This document shows positions 27,254 to 32,000 of a stretch of DNA of 32,000 nucleotides, piece by piece. A program made the translations under genes and the position numbers. A model generated the notes under the pieces. It worked only from the letters and a program-made list of their open reading frames with translations, made no database searches and was not told the origin of the DNA. Position 1 is the stretch's first letter. Each line of letters begins with the position of its first letter. The stretch comes from Acaryochloris thomasi RCC1774 (GTDB lineage Bacteria > Cyanobacteriota > Cyanobacteriia > Thermosynechococcales > Thermosynechococcaceae): NCBI RefSeq assembly GCF_003231495.1, contig NZ_PQWO01000014.1:30001-62000 (forward strand). Direction: 5' to 3'.

Positions 27254-27691
27254 CTAAGATCGCCCCTCGGGTAAAGCGGGTGGTTTTGAGGCTGATGGTC
27301 GACCCATCGCATCACTCAAGGCCCCGATTAAATTATTGCGGGTCTTTGCATGGGCTTCTTGCTCTTGGACTAATGCCTTGGCAAGCCGATCGCGTTCAGC
27401 TTCCGCCTGGGTCAAGGCTGTTTGTAACGTTGCGGGCTGTTGGTTAGAGGGTGGCAGGGCTGGAGTTTTAGGCCGAAGCTGGCAGAGCTGCTGCACTTCA
27501 GCTCTCAGTTGCTGAATTGTTTTCTGTGCGATCGCGTATTCTTTTCGCCGCTGCTGTGCTTCAACCTCATAGCGATGTCGCCACTTATCGGCCTCAGACT
27601 GCCGTTGAGTCGATGGAAGATCTTCTGACACAGGAAAAATAGTTAGGTGAGTATACAACGTTAAATATACGGGGTTCAGACACCCAAGCAA
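27254..27691 (-). CDS. Hypothetical coiled-coil protein (Q/A/E/R-rich); start uncertain
   Basis: The ORF begins 2 nt after the leuA stop (TTG at 27691); GTG at the V of FPVSEDL is an alternative start. Residues ~35-125 are heptad-like and Q/A/E/R-rich (RHRYEVEAQQRRKEYAIAQKTIQQLRAEVQQL ... AEAERDRLAKALVQEQEAHAK). I recognise no enzymatic motif. It is on the same strand as leuA and lysA. Confidence 0.4.
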   Translation of the reverse strand: MLGCLNPVYLTLYTHLTIFPVSEDLPSTQRQSEADKWRHRYEVEAQQRRKEYAIAQKTIQQLRAEVQQLCQLRPKTPALPPSNQQPATLQTALTQAEAERDRLAKALVQEQEAHAKTRNNLIGALSDAMGRPSASKPPALPEGRS

Positions 27692-27693
27692 AC

Positions 27694-29322
27694 CTAAACC
27701 GCTGTTTGGGCCACCTTAACTTCGGGCTGCTGTGTTTGAGCCGGGTTCTGCATTGCGGCATTCAGCCGGTTGAGGGCGTTGATATAGGCCTGGGCTGACG
27801 CCACAATAATGTCAGTGTTGGCGGAGTGACCCGAGAAGATATGATTGCCCTGCTGCAGCCGAATCGTGACTTCACCAATCGCATCAATCCCCGCCGTCAC
27901 TGACTGGACCGAAAACTCAATCAGTTGATTCGGAACGTTCACGACTCGATTAATGGCCTTGTAAACGGCATCCACGGGGCCAGTGCCCGTTGCGGCATCA
28001 GTCAGCTCCTCACCCTCAGGGGTTAACAGCGTTACGGTGGCTGTTGGGCACGCATGATCGCCACTGGAAACCTGTACTAGCTCTAGATGAAAGCCATCTA
28101 GTACCTGAGATTGCGTTTCATCCTTCACGATGGCTTCAATATCCCAGTCTGAAATCTCTTTTTTCTTGTCGGCTAAATCCTTAAACCGTAGAAATGCCCG
28201 ATTAAGATCCTGCTCGGATAGCTCAAACCCAATCTCTCGTAGGCGTGTGCGGAATGCATTGCGCCCTGAGTGTTTGCCCAAAACAATCTGATTGTCCACT
28301 AGACCAATGGATTGAGCATCCATAATTTCATAGGTGAGCCGGTTCTTGAGCACTCCATCCTGGTGAATCCCAGACTCGTGGGCAAAGGCATTGGAGCCGA
28401 CAATGGCTTTGTTCGGCTGCACCAGCATCCCTGTCAGGCTGGAAACTAGGCGAGAGGTCTTGTAGATCTGCTGCGTATCAATGTTCGTTAACGGCGCTTC
28501 AGACTCAGGTTCGCGACCCAAAAAAGGATTGTAGTACTGACGCCGCACGTGCATCGCCATCACGAGTTCTTCCAATGCCGCATTGCCTGCTCGCTCACCG
28601 ATGCCGTTAATGGTGCATTCAAGCTGACGCGCGCCGTTCTTAACCGCTTCTAAAAAGCTGGCCACCGCTAGCCCTAAGTCATTGTGTCCATGAACAGAAA
28701 TGACGGCCTGATCAATGTTAGGTACGTTGGCCTTAATGCCTGCAATTAATGCCCCGAACTCGCTAGGGGTGATGTAACCCACGGTGTCAGGAATGTTGAC
28801 GGTAGTGGCACCCGATGCGATCGCATTCTCCAGCATTTCGTAGAGAAACTCCGGATCTGAACGTCCAGCATCTTCTGGCGAGAACTCCACATCATCTGTA
28901 AAGGTCTTCGCTAAAGCCACCATGTCAGATGCGATCGCAAGCACCTCAGATCGCGTTTTCTTCAGCTTATGCTTCAGATGGATATCGGAGGTGGCAATAA
29001 AGGTGTGAATACGCTTGTGAGCGGCAGGCTTCAACGCGGCGGCTGCCCGCTCGATATCTTGGCGCGTTGCGCGGGCTAGGCCACAAATCACGGGACCGTC
29101 TTCAGTGCCTACAACATCAGCGATCTGCTGCACGGCTTCAAAATCGCCGGGGCTAGCAAAGGGAAAACCGGCCTCAATGACATCAACGCCAAGGCGGGCA
29201 AGCTGTTTAGCAATGGTCAGCTTTTCGGCTACATTCAGCGTGGCCCCTGGTGACTGCTCGCCATCGCGGAGCGTCGTGTCAAAAATAAGGATGCGATCGA
29301 CTTGATCAGGCTGAACTTTCAT
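27694..29322 (-). CDS. leuA: 2-isopropylmalate synthase LeuA
   Basis: Motifs: [43 protein letters not shown], plus a C-terminal LeuA regulatory domain. I chose the start at Met61 of the ORF-track frame (ATG at 29322-29320). It is preceded on the coding strand by GGAGAGG (plus-strand coordinates 29325-29331). The longer ORF to 29502 adds non-homologous basic sequence. Confidence 0.93.
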   Translation of the reverse strand: MKVQPDQVDRILIFDTTLRDGEQSPGATLNVAEKLTIAKQLARLGVDVIEAGFPFASPGDFEAVQQIADVVGTEDGPVICGLARATRQDIERAAAALKPAAHKRIHTFIATSDIHLKHKLKKTRSEVLAIASDMVALAKTFTDDVEFSPEDAGRSDPEFLYEMLENAIASGATTVNIPDTVGYITPSEFGALIAGIKANVPNIDQAVISVHGHNDLGLAVASFLEAVKNGARQLECTINGIGERAGNAALEELVMAMHVRRQYYNPFLGREPESEAPLTNIDTQQIYKTSRLVSSLTGMLVQPNKAIVGSNAFAHESGIHQDGVLKNRLTYEIMDAQSIGLVDNQIVLGKHSGRNAFRTRLREIGFELSEQDLNRAFLRFKDLADKKKEISDWDIEAIVKDETQSQVLDGFHLELVQVSSGDHACPTATVTLLTPEGEELTDAATGTGPVDAVYKAINRVVNVPNQLIEFSVQSVTAGIDAIGEVTIRLQQGNHIFSGHSANTDIIVASAQAYINALNRLNAAMQNPAQTQQPEVKVAQTAV

Positions 29323-29647
29323 AACCTCTCCCGCGCTTGAGGAACCTATGGAAAAAGTAGGTACCTCCATTCTACTTAGATTTGAAGCTTTTCGATGGAC
29401 GCCTTGCCGCTTTTCAGAGTGTTGCTCTCGATACTGAGCTATTTTGCCCGTGGAGAGATCTGGCAGCACCCCTGCAAGCCGCGCTCTGGTCCTCCTGTTC
29501 ATGGCTGCACCTGAGGGGCTCTAAGCTCTATACCTTCAGACCGGGGATTGCCCTACAATCCATAGGAGTGACAAATGACCTTGCCAAAAATCATTGAGAT
29601 CGATGGGGGAAATTGTCCGGCCCGCCCTTCTATAGTTATGCACTCCT

Positions 29648-32000
29648 ATGCCCCGTCGCGACGATCTGCACAAAATCCTGCTCATCGGGTCTGGCCCCAT
29701 CGTGATTGGCCAAGCCTGTGAGTTTGATTATTCTGGAACCCAAGCCTGCAAAGCTTTGCGGGATGAAGGTTATGAAGTGGTGTTGATTAATTCCAATCCC
29801 GCGACAATCATGACCGACCCCGATACGGCAGAGCGCACCTACATTGAGCCGCTAACGCCAGAACTCGTAGAGAAGGTGATTGCTCAGGAGCGGCCTGATG
29901 CGCTGCTGCCAACGATGGGAGGGCAAACCGCTCTTAACTTAGCCGTGACTCTGGCGAAGAAAGGGGTGCTGGACCAATACGGAGTTGAACTGATTGGAGC
30001 CAAGCTACCTGCCATTGAGATGGCTGAAGACCGCAGGCTGTTTAAAGAGGCGATGGAGCGCGTCAACTTGGGCGTCTGTCCGTCAGGTCTGGCAGAGACT
30101 ATGGCCGAGGCGAAAGAGATTGCCCAGCAGATTGGCACCTATCCGCTGATTGTGCGTCCGGCTTATACCCTGGGTGGGACGGGGGGGGGGATTGCCTATA
30201 ACCAAGAAGAATATGAGGTGATTGCTCAATCAGGACTTGACGCTAGCCCTGTATCACAGATCCTCGTCGAGAAATCTCTAATTGGCTGGAAGGAGTATGA
30301 GCTAGAGGTCATGCGGGATCTCGCGGACAATGTCGTGATCATTTGTTCGATTGAAAATATTGACCCGATGGGCATTCATACAGGGGACTCGATTACGGTG
30401 GCTCCCGCCCAAACACTCACGGATAAGGAATACCAGCGGTTGCGAGATGCCTCAATCAAGATCATTCGTGAAATTGGGGTTGAAACGGGCGGCTCTAATA
30501 TCCAGTTTGCCGTTAATCCTGATAATGGCCAAGTCGTTGTTATTGAGATGAACCCTCGGGTGTCTCGCTCTTCAGCGCTGGCATCAAAGGCAACGGGGTT
30601 CCCGATCGCAAAGTTTGCGGCCAAGTTAGCAGTGGGCTACACCCTCAACGAAATCCCCAACGATATTACTGAAAAGACGCCAGCTAGTTTTGAACCCACC
30701 ATTGACTACGTGGTCACGAAGATCCCTCGGTTTGCCTTCGAGAAGTTCCCGGGGTCTCAGGCTGTGCTGACCACCCAGATGAAGTCGGTGGGCGAGGCGA
30801 TGGCAATTGGCCGCACCTTCCAAGAGTCGTTTCAAAAGGCCTTGCGCTCTTTAGAAACAGGACGGTTTGGCTGGGGGTGTGACGGTCAAGATTCCACCAA
30901 CGGACGTAAGGATATGCTTCCTAGTCTGGAGCAAATTCGCGGCGGTCTACGAACCCCCAACCCAGAGCGCATCTATACGGTTCGTCATGCCCTTCTGATG
31001 AAAATGTCAGTGGAGGAAATCTATGAGATTACGGGTATTGATCCTTGGTTTCTATGGCAGTTTCAAGATTTACTCAGCACCTCAAAGCTTCTCAAAAGGA
31101 CTCCTTTAGAGGAGCTGAATACAGAGCAACTGTGGCAGATTAAGCGTCAGGGATTTAGCGACTACCAAATTGCCTACGCTACGCGAACCACTGAGGATCA
31201 GGTGCGAGAGCATCGGAAGGGTATGGGGGTTGTGCCTGCCTATAAAACAGTAGACACCTGCGCGGCAGAATTTGAGGCCTATACTCCTTATTACTATTCC
31301 ACCTACGAATATGAATCTGAGGTGCTGCCTTCAGATCGACGGAAGGTGATGATTCTGGGGTCTGGTCCGAATCGTATTGGTCAAGGTATTGAGTTTGACT
31401 ACTGCTGCTGTCATGCTTCCTATGCGCTACGGGATGATGGATTTGAGACCATTATGGTGAACTCCAATCCCGAAACGGTTTCAACGGATTATGACACTAG
31501 CGATCGCCTTTACTTCGAGCCACTGACCAAAGAAGACGTGCTCAATATCATCGAAGCGGAACAGCCTGAAGGGATCATTATTCAGTTCGGGGGTCAGACG
31601 CCGCTGAAGCTGGCGGTGCCGTTGCAAGAGTATTTGCAAGATCACCCGGCCACTAAAATCTGGGGCACCTCTCCCGACTCGATCGATATGGCTGAAGATC
31701 GGGAGCGGTTTGAGCAGGCTTTGCGGGAGCTAGAGATTCCCCAGCCCGACAATGGCATGGCCCGCAGCAGTCGAGAAGCAAAGAAAATTGCCCAGCGGAT
31801 TGAGTATCCGGTGGTGGTGCGCCCTAGCTATGTATTGGGCGGGCGAGCTATGGAGATTGTCTACTCTGATGCAGAGTTAGAGCACTACATGACCTATGCG
31901 GTGCAGGTGGAGCCAGATCACCCGATTTTGATCGATAAGTTCTTAGAAAATGCGATTGAAATTGATGTAGATGCGATCGCAGATCACCACGGCAATGTCG
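29648..32000 (+). CDS. carB: Carbamoyl-phosphate synthase large subunit CarB; 3' partial (runs off right edge)
   Basis: This gene is not in the supplied ORF track. I translated it by hand from the ATG at 29648: [58 protein letters not shown] ... [16 protein letters not shown] ... [25 protein letters not shown] ... and the second ATP-grasp half, [25 protein letters not shown] ... [17 protein letters not shown]. The frame has no stop through 31999. Confidence 0.95.
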   Translation, partial: MPRRDDLHKILLIGSGPIVIGQACEFDYSGTQACKALRDEGYEVVLINSNPATIMTDPDTAERTYIEPLTPELVEKVIAQERPDALLPTMGGQTALNLAVTLAKKGVLDQYGVELIGAKLPAIEMAEDRRLFKEAMERVNLGVCPSGLAETMAEAKEIAQQIGTYPLIVRPAYTLGGTGGGIAYNQEEYEVIAQSGLDASPVSQILVEKSLIGWKEYELEVMRDLADNVVIICSIENIDPMGIHTGDSITVAPAQTLTDKEYQRLRDASIKIIREIGVETGGSNIQFAVNPDNGQVVVIEMNPRVSRSSALASKATGFPIAKFAAKLAVGYTLNEIPNDITEKTPASFEPTIDYVVTKIPRFAFEKFPGSQAVLTTQMKSVGEAMAIGRTFQESFQKALRSLETGRFGWGCDGQDSTNGRKDMLPSLEQIRGGLRTPNPERIYTVRHALLMKMSVEEIYEITGIDPWFLWQFQDLLSTSKLLKRTPLEELNTEQLWQIKRQGFSDYQIAYATRTTEDQVREHRKGMGVVPAYKTVDTCAAEFEAYTPYYYSTYEYESEVLPSDRRKVMILGSGPNRIGQGIEFDYCCCHASYALRDDGFETIMVNSNPETVSTDYDTSDRLYFEPLTKEDVLNIIEAEQPEGIIIQFGGQTPLKLAVPLQEYLQDHPATKIWGTSPDSIDMAEDRERFEQALRELEIPQPDNGMARSSREAKKIAQRIEYPVVVRPSYVLGGRAMEIVYSDAELEHYMTYAVQVEPDHPILIDKFLENAIEIDVDAIADHHGNV

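Larger units (their letters stand above)
6256..31980. repeat. Dispersed HIP1 octamer palindromes (GCGATCGC), 19 perfect copies
   Basis: A manual scan found copies starting at 6256, 6958, 7344, 8308, 9571, 10346, 11402, 12943, 13639, 18491, 19952, 21501, 22160, 26665, 27528, 28817, 28931, 31500 and 31973. None lie in 1..6255. HIP1 over-representation is a known hallmark of many cyanobacterial genomes. Confidence 0.85.

Noticed and set aside
29323-29502. The longer leuA ORF start (602 aa, from 29502).
   Set aside because: The extra 60 residues are basic and non-homologous. The internal ATG at 29322 is preceded by a GGAGAGG Shine-Dalgarno-like element, and [13 protein letters not shown] follows at the usual distance.
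29382-29597. A 71-aa TTG-initiated ORF in the leuA/carB divergent spacer.
   Set aside because: It has a non-ATG start with no Shine-Dalgarno element, its composition is unremarkable, and it occupies a region expected to hold two divergent promoters and 5' UTRs. There is no supporting motif.
29575-29721. A 48-codon ORF with a good AGGAG (29564-29568) 6 nt before its ATG, overlapping the carB start out of frame.
   Set aside because: The peptide ([48 protein letters not shown]) becomes a carB off-frame read-through after about 24 codons and has no recognisable features. It could be a regulatory uORF, but I cannot support that from sequence alone.
30171-30195. A suspected frameshift in carB at the G10 run, as the reason the gene is missing from the ORF track.
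   Set aside because: Manual translation shows the frame is continuous through the run (T-G-G-G-I) and matches the conserved CarB motif. The gene is missing only because it has no stop inside the window.
1-32000. A search for CRISPR repeats, transposase or integrase genes, toxin-antitoxin pairs, tRNA/rRNA genes or long direct or inverted repeats.
   Set aside because: I found none on reading. Every gap longer than 140 nt (1976-2357, 3738-3998, 5766-5950, 7373-7595, 17283-17431, 18179-18544, 27111-27253, 29323-29647) was inspected and shows no periodic repeat or structured-RNA hallmark I could recognise. A covariance-model scan (Rfam/Infernal) would be needed to exclude small RNAs.

Overview
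This window looks like a cyanobacterial chromosome. My manual scan found 19 perfect HIP1 octamers (GCGATCGC), and the gene content is typical of cyanobacteria. I call 24 tightly packed protein-coding genes. I found no rRNA, tRNA, CRISPR array, transposase or integrase.

Gene order, left to right:
- A 5'-truncated Wzc/GumC-like polysaccharide co-polymerase whose kinase-like domain is degenerate, and a membrane-anchored PslG/GH39-like glycosidase. Both sit in a visibly AT-rich segment (1..~3990).
- A stand-alone DEDDh exonuclease, an HtrA-family protease and a short RecQ.
- A large PAS-GGDEF-EAL-FHA protein with a receiver-like tail, a half-size ABC exporter and an SRPBCC protein.
- The minus-strand block grpE-dnaK-dnaJ-(tusA-like)-rsgA, where the last three genes are joined by ATGA overlaps.
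- pilB-pilT-pilC, followed by a membrane J-domain protein and a small DUF3143-like protein.
- The minus-strand block lysA-cdaA-uppS, a small coiled-coil ORF and leuA.
- A 3'-truncated carB. It is absent from the ORF track only because it runs off the window.

Most of the window is conserved core metabolism, chaperone and pilus genes. I do not see a clear multi-gene novel system such as a defense island or mobile element. The observations most worth follow-up are the five-module c-di-GMP/FHA protein, the low-GC exopolysaccharide module with a pseudokinase co-polymerase, and the translationally coupled dnaJ-tusA-like-rsgA unit. All functional calls rest on motifs I read in the supplied translations. 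No database search was run.
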